This document shows, piece after piece, positions 48,521 to 57,051 of a stretch of DNA of 57,073 bases (position 1 is its first letter; every line of letters begins with the position of its first letter). This stretch comes from an uncultured bacterium (GTDB lineage Bacteria > Nitrospirota > Thermodesulfovibrionia > Thermodesulfovibrionales > CALJEL01), in assembly GCA_938074335.1 (NCBI GenBank), contig CALJEL010000016.1:1-57073 (forward strand). Direction: 5' to 3'. The translations under genes and the position numbers were made by a program. The notes beneath the pieces were generated by a model that saw only the letters and a list, made by a program, of their open reading frames with translations, ran no database searches and was not told where the DNA came from.

Positions 48521-48958
48521 TTAGTATTTAACCTTTATCCCGTCCAGCTCTTCTTTTGTAATATCCTTCCATCTCTTCAACGTCCAGTTACCTACCCAAT
48601 CCTTAAAGAGCTTGAGGTTCTGTTGTCTCTCTTCCTCTGTTGAGCCGAGATATTGATACATATTTCCCGCTTTGCCAGTTGTCTTTCCGTCGTCAAGCCT
48701 TCTCATGAGTGCTCCGGTATCCCGCCATGCTGTAAAGAATATGAGATGGCTATAGGTATCCATTCTCGGACCCTTACCTTCTGCAATCCACTTATCTTTT
48801 TCCTCTTTAAAAGCGTAATATTCGGGAGAATCCTTTCCGTGACAGGAAGCGCACTTAGCGTCAAAAATCGGCTTGATATGTTTTCTGTAGGTAATATCTT
48901 CTGCCCAGGCTGAGATGGTAAGAAACAGCACCGTAGCAAATACCAACAGTCCCCGCAT
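48521..48958 (-). CDS. Periplasmic monoheme c-type cytochrome
   Basis: Signal peptide, CASCH, distal Met candidates (LMRR, GNMY). Confidence 0.8.
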   Translation of the reverse strand: MRGLLVFATVLFLTISAWAEDITYRKHIKPIFDAKCASCHGKDSPEYYAFKEEKDKWIAEGKGPRMDTYSHLIFFTAWRDTGALMRRLDDGKTTGKAGNMYQYLGSTEEERQQNLKLFKDWVGNWTLKRWKDITKEELDGIKVKY

Positions 48959-48985
48959 TCTTTCACCTCCTTTCTTTTATGAAAT

Positions 48986-49004
48986 GAAAATGAAAATTAA
49001 TATC
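48986..49004. promoter_or_regulatory. Fur box
   Basis: GAAAATGAAAATTAATATC, 15/19 match to consensus. Confidence 0.65.
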
Positions 49005-49268
49005 AATTATAATTATAAAGAAGCAGATTATTTTTGTCAAGCCCTCGAATTGCCACACTAAAAATCTAAATGAAAACGAATCATTGCCTCCTTTAAGAAA
49101 TCTAAACGAAATATAGGAAATATGAGAAACTCTCAGATATGATAGGAGAGGAACTTCCTTTACAGGCATTTAAGACTGCATTCAAATTTTTTAGCCTGTG
49201 ATGAAACAGAAAGGATTGGAAGCATTATCAAGAGATACAACACACCAAAGACCATTCCTCAGAGGATT

Positions 49269-49371
49269 TTAGCTGGTAGCTGCAAGTGTAGGGGCACGGC
49301 ATGCCGTGCCCCTACTGTCTTGCGTTTTTTTGTATTTCCACCATTTATCGCAGGCTGAAGCCTGCGGCTAC
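49269..49371 (-). repeat. GTAG-type REP doublet with nested REP, copy B
   Basis: Inverted match to 38828-38924; nested GTAGGGGCACGGCATGCCGTGCCCCTAC. Confidence 0.85.
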
Positions 49372-49613
49372 CTCACTTTATCGCTTATCTTTTCAATCAG
49401 TTCCTTCTTCCTTATCCTTCCATGAAGGGCTGTGCTGTCCTCAAATTCAATAACAGGTATGTCGAATCTGTAAAGTTCATAAAGCTCTTCGTCCTGCGTA
49501 ATGTCTATCCTGTTAATTTCAAGGTTATATTTATCCTTGAGACCATTGAGCATCTCCTCTGCCTGGTCACAGAACCAGCAACCTGGTTTGTAATAAAAAT
49601 TTATCCTCTTCAT
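49368..49613 (-). CDS. Glutaredoxin-like protein (DUF836 type)
   Basis: KPGCWFCD, IDI...YRFDIPV. Confidence 0.8.
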   Translation of the reverse strand: MKRINFYYKPGCWFCDQAEEMLNGLKDKYNLEINRIDITQDEELYELYRFDIPVIEFEDSTALHGRIRKKELIEKISDKVR

Positions 49614-50365
49614 ATATCCTCAAAGAGCACCTCCACCTTATCATGAAGTTTTATACTCAGGGCCTTAGAGGCTGATGCCTGGTATTTAAATATCTCAAGA
49701 TAACCTGAGCTATTTATAAGCACACCAGGCCTTTTACCAGCCTCTCTGTAGAATTTAAAAAAAGGGATATCTTTATTCTTTATCCTGACCCTGAAGGGCC
49801 TGTTACCTAAGATACGATCATTTATATTCGTGATGGCATTTCCAAATCTATCTATTATTATAACCTCTCCTCTTATTCTGTCTTTCTCCATAGCAGGCTC
49901 AGGCAGGACAAGTTCATGAAACTCTTCTATCCTTTTCCCCATGGACTCTGGTGATTCGCCCCTTGAAAGCCTTGCAGCAGCAGGTGCAAATATATCCCTT
50001 CCATGAAATGTTGAACTTCTCACCTGAGCGGTGATCTCATATATCTCTTTTAAAGGATGCTCCTTTACTGCAAGACTCAGGATTCCATTATCAGGTCCTA
50101 CAAAGATTGCCTTCTCTGTCTTAATAATTATCGGCCTCCTTGGTGAGCCAACACCTGGATCAACTATGGCCACATGGATAGCAGGCGAGGGGAAATATCT
50201 CACTGCATGGGAAAGCTTTATTGCAGCTTCAATTATATTGAAGGGTTCTATCTCATGGGTGATATCAATAATGGTAACAAAGGGATTTATGGAGAGCATG
50301 ACTCCCTTCATCTCTGAAACAAAGGTATCCCGTGTACCAAAGTCTGTAAGAAGGGTTATGATCAT
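49610..50365 (-). CDS. SAM hydroxide adenosyltransferase (DUF62, chlorinase/fluorinase family)
   Basis: TDFG, VDPGVG, GPDNG, STFHGRDIFAP, DRFGN motifs. Confidence 0.92.
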   Translation of the reverse strand: MIITLLTDFGTRDTFVSEMKGVMLSINPFVTIIDITHEIEPFNIIEAAIKLSHAVRYFPSPAIHVAIVDPGVGSPRRPIIIKTEKAIFVGPDNGILSLAVKEHPLKEIYEITAQVRSSTFHGRDIFAPAAARLSRGESPESMGKRIEEFHELVLPEPAMEKDRIRGEVIIIDRFGNAITNINDRILGNRPFRVRIKNKDIPFFKFYREAGKRPGVLINSSGYLEIFKYQASASKALSIKLHDKVEVLFEDI

Positions 50366-51268
50366 TTAAAGCCTGATGCTCCCGATTATCTGCCTTATAT
50401 CAGAAATACCATTTCTATTCATGTATTGCTTTATACCATCAATTATCTTTATTGAGGAAAGGGGGTCAATAAAATTTGCTGTGCCAGCCTCTATGGCGGT
50501 GGCACCTGTTATTAAAAACTCAAGGGCATCCTCTGCTGTCATTATGCCTCCAATGCCTATTACAGGTATCTTCACTGTGGAGACCGCCTCCCAGACCATC
50601 CTGAGGGCAATGGGTTTTATGGCAGGTCCTGAAAGACCTGCGATTATATTTTTAAAGACTGGTCTTCTGGTTTCAATATCAACTGCCATGCCAGCAATGG
50701 TGTTAATCAGGGAGATGGCATCAGAGCCAGAGTCTTCCGCAATCTTTGAAAACTCCTTTATATCAGCCTGGGGAGAGAGTTTTGTTATGAGAAGACTCTT
50801 TTTGAGGGTCTTTTTAACAGCACTGACAAGTTCAGCTACAGCTGACCTGTCTGTGCCAAAAAATATCCCACCTTTTTTTACATTAGGACAGGATATATTC
50901 AATTCAATTGCCTCCACCTCACCATCAAGGCTCTCTGCAAGCTCCATATATTCATCAAGGGAATTTCCCAGTATATTCGCAATAACAGGCAGAGCGAATC
51001 TCCTTACAAAGGGCAATTTTTCTCTTAAAAATCTCTCAAGACCTACATTCTGAAGACCTATGGAGTTTAAGAGCCCGCAGGGAGTCTCCCATAGCCTTGG
51101 GGGTGGATTTCCTTCCATTGGCTTAAGGGAAATGCCTTTCATGGTAATAGCACCAAGAAGGGAAAGGTCAAAATACTGAGACAGTTCCTCTCCATAGCCA
51201 GAGGTTCCAGAGGCAGTTATTACGGGATTTCTGAGCTTGAGGGGGCCTATCATTACAGAAAGATTCAC
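50366..51268 (-). CDS. pyrD: Dihydroorotate dehydrogenase 1B catalytic subunit
   Basis: ASGT, NSIGLQN, ELNISCPN, LINT, GLSGPAIKP motifs. Confidence 0.95.
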   Translation of the reverse strand: MNLSVMIGPLKLRNPVITASGTSGYGEELSQYFDLSLLGAITMKGISLKPMEGNPPPRLWETPCGLLNSIGLQNVGLERFLREKLPFVRRFALPVIANILGNSLDEYMELAESLDGEVEAIELNISCPNVKKGGIFFGTDRSAVAELVSAVKKTLKKSLLITKLSPQADIKEFSKIAEDSGSDAISLINTIAGMAVDIETRRPVFKNIIAGLSGPAIKPIALRMVWEAVSTVKIPVIGIGGIMTAEDALEFLITGATAIEAGTANFIDPLSSIKIIDGIKQYMNRNGISDIRQIIGSIRL

Positions 51269-52038
51269 CAGATGACCTCTCCTTCTCTAAAGACAGGGCC
51301 CTCTTTGCACACCCTCTTATAGCCTTCCTTTGTCTTTATCACACAGCCAAGGCATACTCCAAAACCACAGGCCATCCTTTCTTCCAGAGATAGATAGGCC
51401 TTTATCCCTCTTTCCTGAGCCTTCTGATCTATAAAGGACAAAACAGCCTGGGGACCGCAGGCATAGATTAATGATGAAGGCTGAAGGTTCATGGAATAAC
51501 TGTTAAAAAGGTCAAGCACTGTTCCAGTGAAACCTTCTGTGCCATCCTCTGTAGCAATGAGGATCTCCTTTACCCTGATATCTTCAAGAATCCTGAGCTC
51601 AGGGCCTGTCCTTGCCCCATAGAGGACCTTTAGTCTCTGACCTTCACCCGTAAGCCTGTTTATCATAAAATTTAAAGAGGCAATGCCGAGGCCACCTGTT
51701 ACTATCCACACTTCTTGAGTGCTTTTATCAGGTTGAGGATAGGACTTACCAAAGGGCCCCGTCAGGGAAATCCTCTGACCCTGTTTTTTTTCAGAGAGTA
51801 ATCTGGTACCCCTTCCACGAATCCTGTATAGAAATTGCAATTCCCTGTCTTTAAAATTAAAAATACTGAAGGGCCTTTTAAGAAGTGGATCATGGCTCTC
51901 AGAAACAGAGAGCATAAAAAACTGGCCTGGAAGGGGTTCAGAAAAACTGTCAAGAGGCCTTAAGGTTAATTTAAATATATCAGGTGTTATAGCTGTATTT
52001 TCAACTATCTCAGCCTTGAAAGAGATGGAAAGGTTCAT
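51265..52038 (-). CDS. pyrK: Dihydroorotate dehydrogenase electron transfer subunit
   Basis: PGQF, RPFS, CGP, MACGFGVCLGC..VCKEGPVF. Confidence 0.93.
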   Translation of the reverse strand: MNLSISFKAEIVENTAITPDIFKLTLRPLDSFSEPLPGQFFMLSVSESHDPLLKRPFSIFNFKDRELQFLYRIRGRGTRLLSEKKQGQRISLTGPFGKSYPQPDKSTQEVWIVTGGLGIASLNFMINRLTGEGQRLKVLYGARTGPELRILEDIRVKEILIATEDGTEGFTGTVLDLFNSYSMNLQPSSLIYACGPQAVLSFIDQKAQERGIKAYLSLEERMACGFGVCLGCVIKTKEGYKRVCKEGPVFREGEVIW

Positions 52039-52511
52039 TGATAGGATATCTCAATGATCTCGTACTCTATTGTCCTTGCTGGTGCCTTTATAACAACCCT
52101 GTCTCCAACCTCTTTTCCAATAAGTGCCTTGCCCACAGGACTTGTAATGGATATCTTTCCATTCTTTACATCAGCCTCATCAGGACCTACAAGATGGAAT
52201 AAATACTCCTCATCAGCCTCTACATCTATGACCTTTACCTTTGCACCAAAGACAACCCTTGAATGATTCATCTTTGAGGGATCAATAACCTCTGCCATTG
52301 AAAGCTTAGCCTGGAGTTCTCTTATCCTGCCCTCAATAAAGGATTGTCTTTCCTTGGCAGCATGATATTCAGCATTTTCAGAAAGGTCTCCATGAGCACG
52401 GGCCTCTTCTATCTCTTTTATATTTTTCGGTCTTTCAACCTTGAGAAGCCTCTCAAGTTCTTCCTGAAGTTTCTGATAACCCTCTTTTGTCATGGGAATG
52501 CGTCCATTCAT
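52035..52511 (-). CDS. greA: Transcription elongation factor GreA
   Basis: ARAHGDLSENAEY, ISITSPVGKAL motifs. Confidence 0.96.
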   Translation of the reverse strand: MNGRIPMTKEGYQKLQEELERLLKVERPKNIKEIEEARAHGDLSENAEYHAAKERQSFIEGRIRELQAKLSMAEVIDPSKMNHSRVVFGAKVKVIDVEADEEYLFHLVGPDEADVKNGKISITSPVGKALIGKEVGDRVVIKAPARTIEYEIIEISYQ

Positions 52512-52534
52512 AGTATTTAAAAATATCATAACTA

Positions 52535-52677
52535 AGGGGATTAGGGCAATAGTGGTGAATTGGTGAAGAGGTGAAACAGTCGCACCGTAGCACTACTGTA
52601 AGGCAGCCTGTCTGTAGGGTATCGGCAAAACGGGGTTCACATAAGCTATCTACTTGCACCATATTCCGTGAAGAGCC
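52535..52677. repeat. Mosaic of short repeats ending in an ISL3-like terminus
   Basis: GGTGAA 8-mers (inverse at 29824-29846), gtcgcac/tagcact units, ~40-bp match to 11171-11212, 28-bp match to 39186-39213. Confidence 0.65.
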
Positions 52678-54087
52678 TTAAATTTTTACAGGCAGTTCTA
52701 TTATAAATGTCGTGCCCTCGCCAGGCTTACTCTTGACAGAAATGTTACCATCATGTGCCTTTATAATGCCATAGGTAATGGATAGTCCTAAACCAGTTCC
52801 TTTCCCGACAGGTTTTGTGGTAAAGAAGGGTTCAAAAATCTTGTTTATATATTCTTCAGGGATGCCGGTACCTGTATCAGATATCTCAAGCACCACATAT
52901 TTATCTTTACTATAAATGGATATGTCCACCCTTCCCTCACCTTTTCTGGTCTCCACTATTGCATCATGGGCATTCTTGAGGAGATTGAGTATAACCTGCT
53001 GTATCTGATTAGGGTCTGCAGAAATAAAAGGAATATCTCTGTAATCCTTTTTTACAATTATTCCTGAGGCAGAGAATTCATAATCAAGAAGCTCCACCAC
53101 CTTATCAACTATCTGCCTGAGGTCAATGGATTCCCGTATAGGCTCCCTCTGCCTTGCGAATTCCTTGAGATTCCTTACTATCTTGGAAGCCCTTATGGCA
53201 GAGTCGTATATCCTTGATGATATGGTTCTGCAATGCTCAGGGACAGACTCATCAGTCATTGCCATCTCTGCATATCCCACTATTATCTGAAGTGGATTAT
53301 TCAGCTCATGACTCACGCCCGCCACAAGCTCTCCAAGGGCAGTTAGTTTTTCTGCCTGTGCTGCCCTGTTTGCTAGGGTCTTTATTTCCTCCTCCTTTTC
53401 TTTAAGTTGATTCTGGAGTTTCAGAAAGGCATTCCTTACAGGCATAAAGTCATTTCCAAAATCTATCTCCTTCACATCCTTACCATCTGCAATATCCTTT
53501 GATGCCCTCACCACAGAAAAGATATTCTTTTCAAGGCTTTTATTAACTATTACAAAGACAGCAAAGAGTAGAGCTCCTCCAGCAAGTATTACAGAAAGGG
53601 TAAGGATGCTGATAATCTTTATAGAGCTGATACCAGCCTCTATCCTTCTGCTCATAAGGTTTCTTCCTTTAATGACTGCCTCGGTTGTTAACTCATCCAT
53701 CTTTTTTAAGATAAGCCTTACTTCTACATCAGAAATATTTCCTGCCTTAACCATATCCTTGAATCTCTCTTTAAGCATGGAAATCCTCTGGATCAAAAAG
53801 ACTGCCCCTGCATCAGTGCCTCTTCTGTGGCATTCCACACATCCAGACATAAGTGCCTCCAGTTGTCCTGTTATAGAAGAAATAGATTCCTTAGACAGGT
53901 CTTCCTCTTTCTGGAGTCTTATAACATATTCACTGAGCCTCTGTCTCTGAAGAAGGCTATCAGTAGCAGTATTGATCATGGTCATGGCTTCATTAAACCT
54001 CAGCAGGCTTAAAAAGGCAACCACCGCAGCCCCTGCAAAGAGCAGGATTATAAGGATTATTGCTATGATAAGTGTCCGTTTTATCAT
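52678..54087 (-). CDS. Sensor histidine kinase with periplasmic CxxCH
   Basis: TM, CVECH, TM, GVSHELNNPL, FEPFFTTK, GTGLGL. Confidence 0.88.
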   Translation of the reverse strand: MIKRTLIIAIILIILLFAGAAVVAFLSLLRFNEAMTMINTATDSLLQRQRLSEYVIRLQKEEDLSKESISSITGQLEALMSGCVECHRRGTDAGAVFLIQRISMLKERFKDMVKAGNISDVEVRLILKKMDELTTEAVIKGRNLMSRRIEAGISSIKIISILTLSVILAGGALLFAVFVIVNKSLEKNIFSVVRASKDIADGKDVKEIDFGNDFMPVRNAFLKLQNQLKEKEEEIKTLANRAAQAEKLTALGELVAGVSHELNNPLQIIVGYAEMAMTDESVPEHCRTISSRIYDSAIRASKIVRNLKEFARQREPIRESIDLRQIVDKVVELLDYEFSASGIIVKKDYRDIPFISADPNQIQQVILNLLKNAHDAIVETRKGEGRVDISIYSKDKYVVLEISDTGTGIPEEYINKIFEPFFTTKPVGKGTGLGLSITYGIIKAHDGNISVKSKPGEGTTFIIELPVKI

Positions 54088-54159
54088 GGATAATTATAAC
54101 AGAAATGAAGACATAAAAAGACTTGATTAATGTTGATAAAAAAGGGGTATCAAGGGGTC

Positions 54160-54546
54160 TTAATATATTGACCTTATCCTTCCTGTCCTTCTGTCAACTA
54201 TCACGACATCTACCAAGGTACCATCCTGTTTTGTTATCTCAGCAATAAAACCCCATCTTCTTTCTTTAACAATATTTATTATAAGCTCCTTATCCTGGAA
54301 ATAAGACCTGAGTATGGCCATTGCCTCTTCAGGACCTTTTACGGGTCTCCTTGCACCATATGATTCTTTCTGAGGGCAGTAAGCTCCATAAGGAGCCCTT
54401 CCCTGACCCATGGGACAGTCAGGACAGAGAGGCTGGGAAAAAGAGCGCGAGACTAAAAATAAGGTTGAGGTTAAGGTTAAGAAAAAAATCAAGTTTCTTA
54501 TCTTCAAAAACTGTCTTAATCCTTTTATACTCCATATCAACCACAC
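54160..54546 (-). CDS. Exported PepSY-like small protein
   Basis: Signal-like segment, CPDC, C-terminal VIVDRRTGRIRSIY; start uncertain. Confidence 0.55.
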   Translation of the reverse strand: MWLIWSIKGLRQFLKIRNLIFFLTLTSTLFLVSRSFSQPLCPDCPMGQGRAPYGAYCPQKESYGARRPVKGPEEAMAILRSYFQDKELIINIVKERRWGFIAEITKQDGTLVDVVIVDRRTGRIRSIY

Positions 54547-54625
54547 GGTCTGTTTTCTCCTTGATCTTTATCTTTAGCCTTTTTATTTACCTTAACCTCA
54601 ACCCCTTAATCTTAATCCTGAAATA

Positions 54626-55012
54626 TTATAACCCGCATCCACATCTCACACCCATCATGGAACCCCTTCCCATTCTACCACAACCACCAGGACCAACAGT
54701 TGGTAGCCCGTAACTGGAGGCAATCTTCTGAATCCTGGTCTGAAGGTCAATAATCTCCTTCCTGAGCTGGGCAATCCTGTCAAGGTCTGGCTTCTCCTTA
54801 TTATACTCCTGCCCGAGTTCGAGCTTCTTGATATGAAGTTCATCCCTTAGGCTCAGGGTCTCCTTCTGGAATTTCTTGACCTTTTCGATATCAACTCCAC
54901 TCATATCCATATAATCCCATCCTCCATAACCCCATGGGCCACGGGCATAAACAGTAGCACCAACAGCAAGTATGAGGATAGCAGTAAGGGCAATGAGTAT
55001 TGATCTCTTCAT
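54626..55012 (-). CDS. Spy/CpxP/ZraP-like periplasmic protein
   Basis: Signal peptide, Gly/Met-rich ends, helical core LRDEL..KKLEL...PDLDRIAQLRKEI. Confidence 0.75.
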   Translation of the reverse strand: MKRSILIALTAILILAVGATVYARGPWGYGGWDYMDMSGVDIEKVKKFQKETLSLRDELHIKKLELGQEYNKEKPDLDRIAQLRKEIIDLQTRIQKIASSYGLPTVGPGGCGRMGRGSMMGVRCGCGL

Positions 55013-55036
55013 CTATATCACCTCCTTTCTGCTGTT

Positions 55037-55090
55037 ATCATAACAGGAGATTGTGAAGGGATGGAGAAGAAATTATGAAAAATTGTGAAG
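55037..55090 (-). promoter_or_regulatory. Putative promoter with four 9-bp direct repeats
   Basis: TATGAT -10; plus-strand ATTGTGAAG-like units at 55050, 55061, 55072, 55082. Confidence 0.55.
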
Positions 55091-55100
55091 ACGAAGAGGG

Positions 55101-55598
55101 CTACACCAGGCCTGTAACTATCAGGACCCTTAAAAGGATGTTTGAATAGAGACCTGCCATGATATCATCAATCATAATTGCAAACCCACCACTGAGTCTC
55201 CTCTCAATACTCCTTATGGGAAAGGGTTTGAGTACATCAAAGAACCTGAATAACAGAAAGGCTATCAGGAGGTTTTTCCATTGAGGTATAACTCCAGCCA
55301 TGCTTACCATATAGCCTGCAAACTCATCAATAACAATATGCCTGCTATCCCTCTCATCAAGGGCCAGCTCAGCCTTATCCGATACATAGACACCGAGGAT
55401 AAAGATAAAAAGTAAAAAACCATAGAATACAAATCCTTCAATCTTAAAGATCATTAAAAAAATCAGTGCTACAAGGGTCCCCAATGTCCCGGGTGCCAGA
55501 GGGATATAGCCTGTAAAAAAAAGAGAAGATATTATAATTGAGGCGCTGATTCTTATTTTTGCTCTTTGAAGCCCTGCCTTGTCAGTTTCCCTATCCAA
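55101..55598 (-). CDS. pgpA: Phosphatidylglycerophosphatase A
   Basis: APGTLGT, IVIDEFAG, LFRFFDVLKPFPI, MIDDIMAG motifs. Confidence 0.92.
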   Translation of the reverse strand: MDRETDKAGLQRAKIRISASIIISSLFFTGYIPLAPGTLGTLVALIFLMIFKIEGFVFYGFLLFIFILGVYVSDKAELALDERDSRHIVIDEFAGYMVSMAGVIPQWKNLLIAFLLFRFFDVLKPFPIRSIERRLSGGFAIMIDDIMAGLYSNILLRVLIVTGLV

Positions 55599-57051
55599 GG
55601 AATCTCCTTATATAAGCTGCCTCTATTACCATATCCTGAAGATTGACACCTCTACCATCTTTTATCGCGCTTATTATCCTTGAGGTTACCTCCCTGTGGG
55701 CCATATCCGGCTCATAATCAAAGAGCTCATTCCTGATATTCTTCCTTACCTCCTCTGGAAGTATCTCCAGACATTCAGGATTAAAAAATCTCAGTGCCCT
55801 CTCCATATCCTTTTCAAAATTCTCATACACTGATTTAAGGCAGCTGATATCCTCAGCATCAAGTGCATTGAGACCTATGATCTCTGGAGGAAGTCCTATA
55901 GAATAACAGGAAGCACAGAACCCGATAACCCTTGGAAGCCTGACCTTCCCCACACTCCTTGAATAACCAAAAAGCCCCACATGGAGTTTCCTCATCCTCC
56001 TTGGAGGTATGTAACGGGCAACCTCATTTATCAAAGGAGCAAGATATTCTATCTGCCTCTGATACTCTTTGGAGATCTTTTCAATGAGGGCTACAGAGAG
56101 GTCCTCATCCACCTCCCTGAGGGGTCTCCTCTCAAAGGACTTAAGTCTCTTTATCGCCTTTATCACATCCTCCACTGGATTGTCATACTTGAAGGCTGAC
56201 TGAATAGTAAAGGTCTCAACCTGTGGATATTCTTCTATTACATCATCCACTGTGTAGGGTGTGAGGTTTCCCCTGAAAGGAGGAGACCCCGCACCCAGTA
56301 TAGGATAAATCTTTATACCTGTTCTTTCAGAAAGCCTTCTCAACCTCTGAAGGGCTATTTTATTGCAGAGTATTGCACTTATCATCCCGTAGTTCATGGC
56401 TGGATCAGATCTTGCAAGAAAGACCCTGAGGTAATCAACCTCTTTATCCTTCAGATAATCAGATACTATCTTATGGGCATCAAGCATATGCTCTTTATCT
56501 TCAAAAAGCGGTATGATGTTTATTTTTTCTGGATAAAACTGACCTATCCACTGAGCAATGGTTATATCACCAGGAGAGATGGGCTGGTTCTGAATTCCTG
56601 AAATAAAATTCCTGTAAAAATAATATATCCTGTTCAGCTCCTCTGCTGAGGTGGTCATCGGAAGTATCACCTCAAAGATTGGAGGTGTATCATCCCCGTA
56701 AAAAAGCCTTGCCACATCCATTGACCTCGGAATGCTCTCAAGGGTCTCCACAACCACCTTTGCCTCATCCTTTTCTACAGAAGGATTTGGAAGCCTTAAG
56801 GTGAGGAATAGATCCCTGCCGAGTCTCCTGTCCCTGAAAAAATATGGGTATCTTGTGAGGAGTTTCCTTACAACAAAGTCATCTATCTCCTTACCCTCGC
56901 TGTCCCACATCTGCTCATCACAGCCAAGATGGCTGAAGGCATAATAGGCCTCTTGAATCTCATCATCACCTGACATATCAGGTGTCTCGGCAAAAAAAGG
57001 CACTGTTACATTGTCTGGATGCTGTGTGGACATGACTTTTGGGATATACAT
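55591..57051 (-). CDS. ppcA: Archaeal-type phosphoenolpyruvate carboxylase
   Basis: IPKVMSTQHPDN, EQMWDSEGK, FLARSDPAMNYG, GSPPFRG, RMRKLHVGLFGYSR; 486 aa. Confidence 0.93.
   Translation of the reverse strand: MYIPKVMSTQHPDNVTVPFFAETPDMSGDDEIQEAYYAFSHLGCDEQMWDSEGKEIDDFVVRKLLTRYPYFFRDRRLGRDLFLTLRLPNPSVEKDEAKVVVETLESIPRSMDVARLFYGDDTPPIFEVILPMTTSAEELNRIYYFYRNFISGIQNQPISPGDITIAQWIGQFYPEKINIIPLFEDKEHMLDAHKIVSDYLKDKEVDYLRVFLARSDPAMNYGMISAILCNKIALQRLRRLSERTGIKIYPILGAGSPPFRGNLTPYTVDDVIEEYPQVETFTIQSAFKYDNPVEDVIKAIKRLKSFERRPLREVDEDLSVALIEKISKEYQRQIEYLAPLINEVARYIPPRRMRKLHVGLFGYSRSVGKVRLPRVIGFCASCYSIGLPPEIIGLNALDAEDISCLKSVYENFEKDMERALRFFNPECLEILPEEVRKNIRNELFDYEPDMAHREVTSRIISAIKDGRGVNLQDMVIEAAYIRRFLG

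Noticed and set aside
49201-49270. LEALSKRYNTPKTIPQRI, resembling an IS630 transposase N-terminus cut by a REP
   Set aside because: Only weak remembered similarity over about 20 aa; not verifiable here
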